Of a stretch of DNA of 64,000 nt, positions 1 to 11,488 are shown in pieces (position 1 is the first letter of the stretch; every line of letters starts with the position of its first letter). The DNA is from an uncultured Chloroflexia bacterium (GTDB lineage: Bacteria; Chloroflexota; Limnocylindria; Limnocylindrales; CSP1-4). The stretch spans positions 326,009-390,008 of the forward strand of contig CAVTKZ010000002.1 in NCBI GenBank assembly GCA_963735455.1. Direction: 5' to 3'. The position numbers and the translations under genes are program-made. The notes under the pieces were generated by a model. That model was not told the DNA's origin. It worked only from the letters and a program-made list of their open reading frames with translations, and searched no databases.

Positions 1-325
1 GGCGGCCGAAGAAGGCGGCCAGGTGGAGGGCCGTGAAGCCGTCGCCCGAGCGCTCGTCGATCGGCCCGGCGTCGGGCTCGTCGAGCAGCTCGGAGAGCCG
101 GCCCAGGTCGCCAACGATCGCGGCCTCGAAGCGGTCGAGGTCGGGCTGTGCGGCGAGGATGCGCTCGAGGATGGCCGGTTGGCGCTGGTAGGCGGCCACG
201 GTTATGGCCGACAGGCCGGCCGCGTCGCTCGCCCCGGCGAGGTACGGCCGCTCCGCCAGCAGCCGGTCGACGGCCACCAGGTCGCCGGCCCGGATCGCCC
301 TGAACAGCTCGTCGCTGGCGGTCAT
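1..325 (-). CDS. Ankyrin-repeat protein, N-terminal part (3' end lies beyond the window start)
   Basis: Not in the ORF track because no stop lies in the window. My reverse translation from ATG at 325 gives MTASDELFRAIRAGDLVAVDRLLAERPYLAGASDAAGLSAITVAAYQRQPAILERIL...ERSGDGFTALHLAAFFGR, with ANK-like blocks (G-x-TALHLAA). Confidence 0.6.
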   Translation of the reverse strand, partial: MTASDELFRAIRAGDLVAVDRLLAERPYLAGASDAAGLSAITVAAYQRQPAILERILAAQPDLDRFEAAIVGDLGRLSELLDEPDAGPIDERSGDGFTALHLAAFFGR

Positions 326-415
326 CGCGACACGGTAGCAGCGAGCACGGCCTGCGGCGCCGATGGCCCGGCGCCCGGCGGGCCGAGTCCCGCACGTCGC
401 CATGGTTGAGGGGCG

Positions 416-1023
416 ATGACTGCGTCGGTCGAGCTCGAGGTCCTGCCCGCGACGGCCGATCGCTGGCCGGACGTCGAGGTCCTGCTGGGGAGCGACGGCG
501 CCGAGCGGGGCTGCTGGTGCCAGCCCTGGCGGGGCCTCGGCCGCCGGCCCGGCGAGCCGGCCCTGGCCCGGCCTGCCCGATGCTCCTCGCCGAGATCGAC
601 GCCGGTCCGCCGCCGCCGGGCTTCATCGCCTACCTGGCTGGCCTGCCGGTCGGCTGGTGCGGGGTCAGCGTCCGAGGTGCGACGCCCAGGCTCGATCACT
701 CGCGGGTGATCCCGGCGATCGACGACCGGCCCGTGTGGGCCATCGGCTGCTTCCAGGATCCGGGTCGGCTACCGCCGGCAGGGCGTGGCCAGGGCCCTGC
801 CTGGCGGAGGTCGTCGAGGCCGCCCGGGCGGCCGGCGCGCCGGGCGTCGAAGCCTATCCGGTCGATCCCGGTGGGCCGTCGGATCGACACCGCCTTCGCC
901 TACGTCGGCATCGCCTCGATGTTCGACGCGGCCGGCTTCCGCCGGGTCGTGCTGACCGATGCCCGGAGCGCCGGCCTGCCGCGCTGGCTCGTCCGGCTCG
1001 ATTTCGAGGACCGCCGGGGATGA
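416..1023 (+). pseudogene. GNAT-family N-acetyltransferase, reading frame broken about 4 times as sequenced
   Basis: Protein-like segments are spread over three frames: MTASVELEVLPATADRWPDVEVLLGSDGAERGCWCQPWRG (416 frame); MLLAEIDAGPPPPGFIAYLAGLPVGWCGVSVRG...VWAIGCF (406 frame); RIRVGYRRQGVARAL; LAEVVEAARAAGAPGVEAYPVDPGG (657 frame); RRIDTAFAYVGIASMFDAAGFRRVVLTD...stop 1023. Shifts lie near 560, 753, 797 and 870. Confidence 0.6.
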
Positions 1024-1293
1024 GCGACCGCGTTGCCCGGTGCCCACGCTTTGCTGGCGAGAACGGCCCGTATCGACGCCGAATTCCGCACCGGATTCGG
1101 TGCTCGACCGCGAATATCGTGTTGACCAGGCTGCCAGGCCCGTGGCATCCTAGGCCCGATCCAGTCCCGTATCGCGCAACGGTCCGATGGGCGCGTTCCG
1201 TGAACCGGGCACCCGTCCCGCCTGTCGCACCGCGGCGCCGTCCTCCCGGGACCGGCGCAGCGGGGCGATCGGAGCTCCAGCCCGGAGGGATTC

Positions 1294-2723
1294 ATGGCCA
1301 CCGAACCCGCCATCCGCCCCACGCCGACCCTCAAGCGCGAGCGCCAGTCCGAGCTCTACCAGCGGGCGCTCAAGTCGATGCCCGGCGGCACCGACTCGAA
1401 CTTCCGGACCTGGGGCGAGGACACGATCTACGTCGATCGGGGCAAGGGCGGCCGGGTCTGGGACATCGACGAGAACGAGTACGTCGACCTGCGCCTGGGC
1501 TACGGGCCGGTCATGCTCGGCCACGCCGACCCGCGAGTCGACGACTACGTCAACGAGCGGATGCGCCGGGGCGTCAGCTTCTCGCTGACCAGCGAGGATG
1601 AGATCCGGGCCTGCGAGCTGATCAAGGAGATCACCGGCTGGGTCGAGATGGCCCGGATGACCGTCTCGGGCACCGAAGCCACGATGCACCTGATGCGGAT
1701 CGCCCGGGCGTACACCGGCCGCGAGAAGATCATCAAGTTCGAGGGCCAGTACCACGGCGTCCACGACTACGCCCTGATCAGCGTCCTGCCCAACGACATG
1801 GACGAGCTGGGCGACCGCGACAACCCGGTCCACCTGGCCTGGGGCCGGGGGATCCCCGAGGCGGTCACCCAGACGGTCATCCCGGTGCCCTACAACGACC
1901 TGGCGACGCTCCGCCGGGTCTTCGAGGCGCAGGGCGACGACATCGCCGGCGTGATCATCGAGCCGGTCCTGGGCAACGCCCAGGGGATCCTGCCCAAGGA
2001 CGGCTTCCACGAGGGCGTCCGGGCGATCACCAAGGAGTTCGGGGCCCTGCTGATCTTCGACGAGGTCAAGACCGGCTTCCGGATCGCCCGCGGCGGCGCG
2101 GCCGAGTACTTCGGGATCACGCCCGACCTGGCCTCGTTCGCCAAGGCGATCGGCAACGGCTATCCCGGCGGCGGCCTTCGGCGGCAGCCGCGAGGTGATG
2201 AGCATGCTGCCCGACAAGGTCAGCCACGGCGGGACGTACGCCGGCAACCGGGTCGCCGCGGCCGCCGCCGTGGCGACCCTGTCGATCCTCAAGGACGGCT
2301 CGGTGGTCGAGGGGATCCGGCAGCGGGGATTGTCGATCCAGGCCGGCCTGGCCGCGATCCTCGACCGCCAAGGGCCTGCCCTTCAACTTCACCGGCGTGC
2401 CGGCGATGTTCGGGATCATGTTCACCAGCGAGGACGTCCGCGAGTACCGCGACTGGGTCAAGACCGACCACGACCTGTACGACGCCGTCGCCGTCGGGAT
2501 GCATCCCCGGGGGGCGATGCCCGAACCAGACTCGCGCGAGCCGTGGTTCCTGTGCGCGGCCCACGACGACGCCGACGAGGCCAAGGTCCTCGAGGCCTTC
2601 GAGGGCTCGCTGGCGGCGGCGCTCGACGCCCGGGCCGCAGGGCATCGCCGCGCCGAGCCTCGTCCTCGACTGATGGTCGATCCGCGCCGGCCGGCCGCCG
2701 GCCCGCGACCGAGCGCCCGGTGA
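1294..2723 (+). pseudogene. Class-III PLP aminotransferase (glutamate-1-semialdehyde aminomutase-like), two frame breaks as sequenced
   Basis: ORF 1294 reads ...MPGGTDSNFRTWGEDTIYVDRGKGGRVWDIDENEYVDLRLGYGP...GTEATMHLMRIARAYTGREKIIKFEGQYHG...LIFDEVKTGFRIARGGAAEYFGITPDLASFAKAIGNGYP. It continues in the 2195 frame (EVMSMLPDKVSHGGTYAGNRVAAAAAVATL) and then the 2397 frame (PAMFGIMFTSEDVREYRDW...). Shifts lie near 2170 and 2373. GGAGGG precedes the ATG. The stop overlaps the next gene's GTG (GTGA). Confidence 0.75.
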
Positions 2724-3487
2724 TCGACGGGAATGCGGTCCGCTCGGTCGACCGGGCGGCCTCGCTCCTGCTGGCCCTCGGCGAATCGGCCGGCGAGGCC
2801 GGAGTGACCGAGCTCGCCCGGCGACTCGGCCTGCACAAGTCGACGGCCTCGCGCCTGCTGGCCACGCTCGAACGGCGGGGTCTCGTCGAGCAGGACGAGG
2901 AGAGCGGCAAGTACCGCCTCGGGTTGGTCGTCATCCGCCTGGCCGAGCGGGCCGAGCGGACGCTCGACCTGCGCGGGATCGCGATGCCCGAGCTCGAGCG
3001 CCTGGCCCGCCTGACCCGCGAGACGACCGGCCTGGGCGCCCTCGAGGGCGACCAGCTCCTGACCGTGGCCCAGGCCGACGGCCCGAACCTGATCGCCGTC
3101 GGCGACTGGACCGGCCGTTCGACGCCCCTCCACTGCGTCGCGTCGGGCAAGGTCCTCCTGGCGGCCCTCGCCGAGCGCGAGGTCCTGCGTGTCGTGCGCA
3201 AGGGCCTGGCCGCCTACACCGAGCGCACGATCACCGAGCTCGAGCCGCTCCTCGAGGAGCTCTCGCGGGTTCGCCGGCGGGGCTACGCCACGGCGATCGG
3301 CGAGTTCGAGCTGGGCCTCAACGCCGTCGCCGCACCGGTTCACGACGCCCGCGGCGCGGTGATCGCGGCGGTCGACATCTGGGGCCCGGCCTTCCGGCTG
3401 ACTCCCCGCCGGATCCCCGAGCTGGCGTCGCAGGCCCGCGAGGCCGCGGCCGCGATCTCGGTCCGCCTGGGCGGTGCCGCCGCCTGA
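2720..3487 (+). CDS. IclR-family transcriptional regulator
   Basis: In-frame GTG at 2720 inside ORF 2195..3487. Sequence is VIDGNAVRSVDRAASLLLALGESAGEAGVTELARRLGLHKSTASRLLATLERRGLVEQDEESGKYRLG (wHTH) followed by an IclR effector-domain-like C-terminus (GYATAIGEFELGLNAVAAPV). Confidence 0.85.
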   Translation: MIDGNAVRSVDRAASLLLALGESAGEAGVTELARRLGLHKSTASRLLATLERRGLVEQDEESGKYRLGLVVIRLAERAERTLDLRGIAMPELERLARLTRETTGLGALEGDQLLTVAQADGPNLIAVGDWTGRSTPLHCVASGKVLLAALAEREVLRVVRKGLAAYTERTITELEPLLEELSRVRRRGYATAIGEFELGLNAVAAPVHDARGAVIAAVDIWGPAFRLTPRRIPELASQAREAAAAISVRLGGAAA

Positions 3488-3540
3488 CCTGGGCCACGGT
3501 CCGGCAGCCCGGCACCCGGTCGCGCTAGGCTGGCGCGGAC

Positions 3541-4491
3541 ATGCCCGACACCTACTCCGGCTGGCTGGCGGTCATCGCCGACCGGCTCCTGATCGTCCTG
3601 GTCATCATCGTCGTCTGCATCGCGATCACCCGGCTGTCGCTGGGCGCCCTGCGCCGGGTCCTCGGGGCGATGCAGGCCCGGGCCCAGTCCGAGTCGAGCC
3701 TGGACGAGGCAGCCGAGGTCAGCAAGCGGTTCACGACGATCGAGGCCCTGGTCGGCTACGTCGTGAAGGGCTTCGTGCTGACGATCGGTGGCCTCCTGGT
3801 CCTGGAGCAGATCGGCCTCGACGTCGGGCCGGCGATCGCCGGCCTGGGAGTGGTCGGGATCGCGATCGGCTTCGGCGCCCAGGCGATCGTCCGCGACTTC
3901 TTCTCGGGGATCCTGATCCTGCTCGAGAACCAGTACGCCCAGGGCGACGTCGTGGAGATCGCCGGGGTCACCGGCACGGTCGAGGAGCTGACCCTCCGCC
4001 GGACGGTCCTGCGCGACGCCGACGGGGTGGTCCACAACGTGCCCAACGGCGAGATCAAGGTGGCCTCCAACCGGACCCGGGTGTGGCGCCGGATCAACTA
4101 CGACGTGGTCGTCGCCTACGGCACCGACATCGAGCGTGCGATCAGCGTCTTCGACGCGGTCGGCGCCGGCCTGGCTGCCGATCCGGCCTGGGCCGACCGG
4201 ATCCTCGAGACGCCGGTCGTCGACCGGGTCGACCAGCTCGGTGAGCGGGGGATCACCCTCAAGATCCTGGGCCGCGTCCGGGCCGGCGAGATGGTCGCCG
4301 TGACCGGCGAGCTGCGCAAGCGCCTCCTCGCGGCGATGGCCGCCAACGGGATCGAGATCCCCGCCCCGGTGCTGCCCTCCGGGATGCCGGTCAGGGGCCT
4401 GATGGCCGCCGCCGCCGACCCGCGTTCGCCCGGGGGCGACGACCTCCCGGACCCCGATCCGCCGCCCCCGGCGACGTCCTCCGACACCTGA
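3541..4491 (+). CDS. Small-conductance mechanosensitive channel (MscS family)
   Basis: N-terminal TM helices, then IAIGFGAQAIVRDFFSGILILLENQYAQGDVVEIAGVTGTVEELTLRRTVLRDADGVVHNVPNGEI, which is MscS core-like. Confidence 0.85.
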   Translation: MPDTYSGWLAVIADRLLIVLVIIVVCIAITRLSLGALRRVLGAMQARAQSESSLDEAAEVSKRFTTIEALVGYVVKGFVLTIGGLLVLEQIGLDVGPAIAGLGVVGIAIGFGAQAIVRDFFSGILILLENQYAQGDVVEIAGVTGTVEELTLRRTVLRDADGVVHNVPNGEIKVASNRTRVWRRINYDVVVAYGTDIERAISVFDAVGAGLAADPAWADRILETPVVDRVDQLGERGITLKILGRVRAGEMVAVTGELRKRLLAAMAANGIEIPAPVLPSGMPVRGLMAAAADPRSPGGDDLPDPDPPPPATSSDT

Positions 4492-4564
4492 GCCGGCCGG
4501 ACGGCCGCGGCTTGGCCTCGAGCGGCCCGCGTAGAATGCAGGCAGAAGCCGCAGGAGAAGCCTC

Positions 4565-6529
<1,965 letters not shown>

Positions 6530-7156
6530 GTGCCCTTCGGCTTCGGCAAACGGGAGGACAAGCCGGCCGAGCCTGAGGACGGCGCCGGGACCGCGCCGGC
6601 GAGCCCGGCGGTCGTGTCCCTCTCACCGGCCGGGGGCGGGGTCGCCTTCGACGGCCTGACCGAGGAGTGGCGGCTGGTGGGCGTGATGGAGGTCAGCGGC
6701 CGCCTCTCGGACGCCCTCAACCGGCGCGACGCGATCTCGATCCGGGACGTGAGCTGGGCGCCGCTGGATGGCTCGGAGCCGTTCAGCCCGGTGCCCGGCC
6801 TGCGCAGCATCGATCCCTACGACCTGATCGTGGTCCTGGCCGGTGAAGGATCGCTGCCGGTCTTCTCCGACGATGAGAAGGCGGCCCACCGGGTCCACAA
6901 GCTGAGCTACGGGGTGGCCCTCGAGGTCCCCCCGTTCCGGGTGAAGGGCACCGTCCACCTGTTTCCCAACTTCGAGCCCGAGCGCCTGCTGGACCGCTCG
7001 AACGACATGTTCTTCGCGGTGACCGGCGGGCTGGTGATGCTCAACGAGACGCGCATCGGCGACGACCCGACGGACACGATCCTGGTCAACCGCCAGTACC
7101 TGCGGCGGGTGGAGCAGTTCGAGCAGACGGGCGCCAGCGAGAACGCCGGCGGCTGA
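6530..7156 (+). CDS. Hypothetical protein (208 aa), function unknown
   Basis: GTG directly follows the acs stop (TAGGTG). The composition is protein-like and not Arg/Pro-skewed (…RLVGVMEVSGRLSDALNRRDAISIRDVSWAPLDG…VKGTVHLFPNFEPERLLDRSNDMFFAVTGG…). I recognise no family. Confidence 0.55.
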   Translation: MPFGFGKREDKPAEPEDGAGTAPASPAVVSLSPAGGGVAFDGLTEEWRLVGVMEVSGRLSDALNRRDAISIRDVSWAPLDGSEPFSPVPGLRSIDPYDLIVVLAGEGSLPVFSDDEKAAHRVHKLSYGVALEVPPFRVKGTVHLFPNFEPERLLDRSNDMFFAVTGGLVMLNETRIGDDPTDTILVNRQYLRRVEQFEQTGASENAGG

Positions 7157-7169
7157 GCCCGGCCCACGG

Positions 7170-7188
7170 GCCTGACTGAGGGTCAGGC
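7170..7188. terminator. Hairpin between convergent genes (GCCTGAC-tgagg-GTCAGGC)
   Basis: A 7-bp perfect stem with a 5-nt loop lies between the stop of 6530..7156 and the stop of 7183..8433. There is no U-tract. Confidence 0.3.
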
Positions 7189-8433
7189 TCGGGCGGGTTC
7201 CTTGGTCCGGTTGAAGATCCGGAAGGCCGGCTTCGTCGCGGCGGTCTTGTCGGTCGCCTGGAACTCGGTCCCAACCAGCTTCTGGGCCAGGATCTCGAAG
7301 TCCTCGGTGACCTTCTCCTTGGGGTACTGCTCGACGACCGAGCGTCCCTCGTTGGCCGCCCGGACGAAGAGCAGGCCGCCGGACCGGATCAGGGCCAGGG
7401 CGGTCATGCCGACCGTGCGCTCCATGTCGGCCACCGACACGCCGCTGTTGGCCCGATTGACGACCAGGGCGAGCTTGTCCCGGACGCCCAGCTCCTGGGC
7501 CACGTCGCGCATCTGGACGGCGGCCCGCAGGGCCGGCACGTCGGGCGTGACCGGGACCAGGATCCGGTCGCTGCGCTCGAAGATCTCCTGGTTGAGCGGG
7601 CTGTACGACGGATGCATGTCGACGATGATGAAGTCGAAGCCGCGCCGCGCCGCGCGAATCGCGTCGCCCACCCGCTCGGGCACCAGGATCTCGGTGTTGA
7701 GCGGGCTGGAGGTCAGGACGCAGACGGTCAGCCCGTTCTGGTGCTGGGTGGCGATGTCGATCAGGCTGCGCTCGGAGCGGCCCTCGTCCTCGTCCTCGGT
7801 CCAGGCGTCGACGACGGTCGTCACCGACTCCAGGCCGAGTGAGGTGGCGATGTGGCCGGTCACCGTGTCGGCGTCGATCAGCATCACCTTGAGGCCCATC
7901 CGGACCTGCAGCGCGGCCGCCAGGTTGAGGGCCGTGGTTGTCTTGCCGACGCCGCCCTTGGGGTTGAAGATCGAGACGATGGTGGCCCGCTTCGACCACG
8001 ATTCCGACTCGAAGTCGCCGCCCGACTGGAGGACCGGGCCACTGCCGTCGTCGATCGTCACCGATCGGATCAGCATCGCCTCGATCCGCCAGCGGAGGGA
8101 GTCGGTGGAATACGGGCGGGTGAAGAACTCGTCGTTGATGTCGGCCTTGGTGGCCGCGCCGGCGAGCCGGTCGAGGGCCCGCGGCGAGACGACCATCAGG
8201 GCCGGGATGTCCCGGTCCCCGTCGTGCAGCAGGGAGTAGTACTCGAGCGACCGGTCGAAGTCGCTCTCGCCGTCGAGGATCGCGACGCCCACCTCGCGGC
8301 GGGCGTTCAGGATTGCTTCGAGCTCCTCCGGTCCGCTCACCGCGAGGGCTTCGAAGCCGGCTTCGGTGAGCTCCCGGATGACCGCGACCTGCTCGTCGCG
8401 GGGCAGTGCGACGACGATCGCCTGGCGAGCCAT
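7183..8433 (-). CDS. Receiver-like domain fused to a ParA/MinD-type P-loop ATPase (CpaE/TadZ-like architecture)
   Basis: The N-terminus MARQAIVVALPRDEQVAVIRELTEAGFEALAVSGPEELEAIL...DIPALMVV is receiver-like. It is followed by a deviant Walker A (IVSIFNPKGGVGKTTTALNLAAAL) and FIIVDMHP (Walker B-like). It starts 7 nt after the upstream gene. Confidence 0.85.
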   Translation of the reverse strand: MARQAIVVALPRDEQVAVIRELTEAGFEALAVSGPEELEAILNARREVGVAILDGESDFDRSLEYYSLLHDGDRDIPALMVVSPRALDRLAGAATKADINDEFFTRPYSTDSLRWRIEAMLIRSVTIDDGSGPVLQSGGDFESESWSKRATIVSIFNPKGGVGKTTTALNLAAALQVRMGLKVMLIDADTVTGHIATSLGLESVTTVVDAWTEDEDEGRSERSLIDIATQHQNGLTVCVLTSSPLNTEILVPERVGDAIRAARRGFDFIIVDMHPSYSPLNQEIFERSDRILVPVTPDVPALRAAVQMRDVAQELGVRDKLALVVNRANSGVSVADMERTVGMTALALIRSGGLLFVRAANEGRSVVEQYPKEKVTEDFEILAQKLVGTEFQATDKTAATKPAFRIFNRTKEPARA

Positions 8434-8440
8434 GCTCGAC

Positions 8441-9970
8441 CTAGCTCCCGGACTCTGGATCGTGCGCGGTCACGGTCACGACGCCGTCGGCGGCGTTCGT
8501 GATCCTCGCCCGGAAGCCGGGCAGGCCAGGCACTACCTCGCTCAGGTTGACCGCCTCATCGTGATGGACCGTGAAGATGAACTCGCCGTCGGGACCCGAC
8601 GACACGCCCACCGACTGGACGCCGGAGACCCGGCCCAGGTGGCGCTTGAAGCTGGCGATGCTGGCCACGCTGACCAGGCCCGACACGACGACCTTGGACG
8701 TCTGCTCCGAGGCGGCCTTGGCCGGCCGAGCCTCGACTTCGCCTTCCACCGGGACGAGGCCGGCCAGCCGGGCGGCGACGGCGTCGTCGCCCATCGTCGG
8801 GATCTCGTCGTCGGCCGTTGTCGCCTCGGCGGCAGCCTCGGCCTCGGCGGCGTCGAAGTTCGGTGCCAGGGCCAGGGCGGCCAGGCGTGGATCGTTCTCG
8901 TCGGTGGTTGCCTCGGCGTTCGACTCGTTGCCGGCCTCGGCTTCGCCGGGCTGGCCCTCGGCCGAGCCGGCCTCGGCAGCTTCAGCGGCCTGGTGGGCCG
9001 CCTCGATGGCGGCCATGGCGGCCTCGCCTTCGCTCGGCCCGGCCTCGGTTGCCGCAGCGGAATCGGATCCCGCCTCGGTCTCGGCCGGGCTGGCGCTGGC
9101 GTCAACGTGGGTGTCGCCGATCAGCTCGGCGACCGCCGCCGACGGCTGCCAGGGCACGCTGGGATCGAACGATGGCGGCTCGGGCAGGGTCTGGGCCATG
9201 ACCGCGATCTGGGTCGGGTCTTCCTCGGTGACCAGGAGCTCGAAGAAGCGCTCCATCTCGAGCTCGAAGCCGGCGACCCGGCTCTGGACCCGGTCGATCT
9301 CATATTCAATCTGGCCGGCGTGCTCCTCGAGCTCGCGCTCGAGGCCCTGCTTGCGATCGGCGATCTTGGCCTGGGTCTCTTCGCGGATCCGGGCGATCTC
9401 GGCCTTGGACCAGTCCTGGATGCCGGAGATGTCGTCGTCCGACCGCTTGCGCAGGTCGGTGGCCTCGACCGCCGACCGGGAGTGGATGCCTTCGATGAAG
9501 GTCTTCGCGTCGGCCAGGAACTGGCCCATCGTCTGGGCGCGGGACTCCTCGGCCGCGGCCTGCATCGCGCGGGTCAGGTCGAGCACGAACTTCGTTGGCT
9601 TCTTGGCCAGGGAAGGCGTGCTCGTCGTTCGGGACGGCGCCGGCGCGGCTGTGGCGGTGGACTCCACGGAGGATTCCTTCGGGCTCGAGTCTGATGCGAT
9701 GGACTGATCGGTCTCGCTGGTCTCGGTCGCCTCGGACGTGGCAGTTGCCTCGGCGCCGGCCGCCTGGCCGGCTTCGGGGGCGCTCGCCTCGGCGTTCGCC
9801 TGGGTTGCCTCGTCGGTCGTCTCCGGGGCCGCGCTGCTTGCCTCGGTCACGGCGTCCGTCGCCTCGTCCGTGGTGGTTGCCTCCTCGGTCCGGTCAACGG
9901 GCGCCTTGTCACTCCGCTCCTCCGAACTCCAGGGGAGTCGGAAGCCGGTGCGTGATTCGGTCGTCGCCAT
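8441..9970 (-). CDS. Acidic low-complexity / coiled-coil protein with a compact C-terminal domain
   Basis: 509 aa. It has T/E/A/D-rich tracts, a central heptad-like segment (AEIARIREETQAKIADRKQGLERELEEHAGQIEYEIDRVQSRVAGFELEMERFFELL), and a C-terminus VVVSGLVSVASIASFKRHLGRVSGVQSVGVSSGPDGEFIFTVHHDE. GGAGGGAA lies upstream of the ATG. Confidence 0.7.
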   Translation of the reverse strand: MATTESRTGFRLPWSSEERSDKAPVDRTEEATTTDEATDAVTEASSAAPETTDEATQANAEASAPEAGQAAGAEATATSEATETSETDQSIASDSSPKESSVESTATAAPAPSRTTSTPSLAKKPTKFVLDLTRAMQAAAEESRAQTMGQFLADAKTFIEGIHSRSAVEATDLRKRSDDDISGIQDWSKAEIARIREETQAKIADRKQGLERELEEHAGQIEYEIDRVQSRVAGFELEMERFFELLVTEEDPTQIAVMAQTLPEPPSFDPSVPWQPSAAVAELIGDTHVDASASPAETEAGSDSAAATEAGPSEGEAAMAAIEAAHQAAEAAEAGSAEGQPGEAEAGNESNAEATTDENDPRLAALALAPNFDAAEAEAAAEATTADDEIPTMGDDAVAARLAGLVPVEGEVEARPAKAASEQTSKVVVSGLVSVASIASFKRHLGRVSGVQSVGVSSGPDGEFIFTVHHDEAVNLSEVVPGLPGFRARITNAADGVVTVTAHDPESGS

Positions 9971-10294
9971 GGATCGTGCGGTTCCCTCCAGGTGAGAGCT
10001 CGGGTTGCAGTCTCTGAGGACGTGTGGGCATCGTAGGAGCGGGTGGCGGTCCGGTGGAGTGCGCTAGTGGTACCAATCGGTCGATCCGGTGGTACCGGAG
10101 GTCCCGCACCGGGATCGCCTTGGTGTCCGCCGTCACCGCCAGTTGAGGACCGCCGTTGTCATCGCGCACCGACGCGCCGGCCGGCCGTGACGCGCGCGCC
10201 TTTTGCCCTGAATCCTGTTGATTCGACCCGGTCAGGGGCCGTCTGCCGGGCCTGTTCCTAGGGTCTGCGCCGGCGTCGGCGTTACCATGGCTCG

Positions 10295-11407
10295 ATGGTC
10301 CCCCTGGTTCGAGCCATGAGCGCAGCGACCGCCGAGCCGGCCGCGTCGCCGCTCGCGCCCGGCGGCGGTCAGGCCGCCGGCGCGGGCGAGCCGCGGCTCG
10401 ATCGGCTCGGGCGCCGCCTGCACGACCTGCGGATCTCGGTCACCGACCGCTGCAACTTCCGGTGCACCTACTGCATGCCCCGCGAGATCTACGGGCGCGA
10501 CTTCGCGTTCCTGCCCCGCTCCGAGGTCCTGACCTTCGAGGAGATCGAGCGGCTGGCCGCCGCCTTCGTGGCCGAGGGCGTCGAGAAGCTCCGGGTCACC
10601 GGCGGCGAGCCGCTCGTCCGGCGCAACGTGCCCGACCTGATCGCGATGCTGGCGGCCCTCCGCCGGCCCGACGGCGAGCCCCTCGACCTGACCCTGACCA
10701 CCAACGGCTCGGCCCTCCGCCAGCTGGCGGGGCCCCTGCGCAGCGCCGGCCTGGCCCGGGTGACGGTCAGCCTCGACTCGCTCGACGACGAGACGTTCCG
10801 GGCGATGAATGGGGTGGACTACCCAGTGGCCAAGGTCCTCGATGGGATCGCCGCGGCCGGGGAGGCCGGCTTCGGCCCGCTCAAGATCAACATGGTCGTC
10901 CGGCGCGGGATCAACGAAACGAGCATCGTGCCGATGGCCAGCTGGGCCCGCCGCGAGGGCCACATCCTGCGCTTCATCGAGTACATGGACGTCGGCCACA
11001 GCAACGGCTGGCGGCTGGACGAGGTCGTCCCGGCCGCCGAGATCCTGGCCCTGATCGACGCCGAGGCCGGCCTGGAGCCGGTTCCGCCCAACTATCCCGG
11101 CGAGGTCGCCGACCGCTGGCGCTATCGCGATGGCGACGGCGAGGTCGGCGTGATCGCCTCGGTCAGCCAGCCGTTCTGCAGCTCCTGCACGCGCGCGCGC
11201 CTGTCGGCCGAGGGCAAGCTCTACACCTGCCTGTTCGCGCTCGACGGCACCGACCTGCGCGGGCCGCTCCGGGCGGGTGCCTCGAGCGCCGACCTGCGGG
11301 CTGCCATCCGGGCGGTCTGGCGGATGCGCGCCGATCGCTACTCCGAGCTGCGCTCGGCGGCAACGACCGGCCGGCCCCGGATCGAGATGTTCGCGATCGG
11401 CGGCTGA
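10295..11407 (+). CDS. moaA: GTP 3',8-cyclase (molybdenum cofactor biosynthesis protein A)
   Basis: Radical-SAM motif [18 protein letters not shown], then GGEPLVR, and a C-terminal [20 protein letters not shown]. The start could instead be the ATG at 10316. Confidence 0.9.
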   Translation: MVPLVRAMSAATAEPAASPLAPGGGQAAGAGEPRLDRLGRRLHDLRISVTDRCNFRCTYCMPREIYGRDFAFLPRSEVLTFEEIERLAAAFVAEGVEKLRVTGGEPLVRRNVPDLIAMLAALRRPDGEPLDLTLTTNGSALRQLAGPLRSAGLARVTVSLDSLDDETFRAMNGVDYPVAKVLDGIAAAGEAGFGPLKINMVVRRGINETSIVPMASWARREGHILRFIEYMDVGHSNGWRLDEVVPAAEILALIDAEAGLEPVPPNYPGEVADRWRYRDGDGEVGVIASVSQPFCSSCTRARLSAEGKLYTCLFALDGTDLRGPLRAGASSADLRAAIRAVWRMRADRYSELRSAATTGRPRIEMFAIGG

Positions 11408-11414
11408 GGCCGCC

Positions 11415-11488
11415 TTGTCCACCGGCTGTCCACAGTCATGGTGGATTGGTGGAAACGGATTGGAGCATCTCCGATAACTCGTGGATAA
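11415..11488 (+). promoter_or_regulatory. Cluster of five DnaA-box-like TGTCCAC/GTGGA motifs
   Basis: TTGTCCACC (11415-23) and CTGTCCACA (11426-34) are 11 bp apart. Inverted GTGGA cores lie at 11441 and 11449. CGTGGATAA (11480-88) is TTATCCACG on the other strand. The cluster lies in a 430-bp lower-GC spacer upstream of the PNP gene. Confidence 0.4.

Noticed and set aside
9971-10294. Possible Moco riboswitch upstream of moaA
   Set aside because: I could not find the conserved Moco-motif blocks I remember (CUCCGAGCC, GGAAAGG, GCCUCCC). Only a simple hairpin at the start codon is present.
10300-10318. A tRNA T-arm-like GGTTCGAGCC
   Set aside because: No matching acceptor, D or anticodon arms surround it. 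It is the right arm of the moaA start hairpin.
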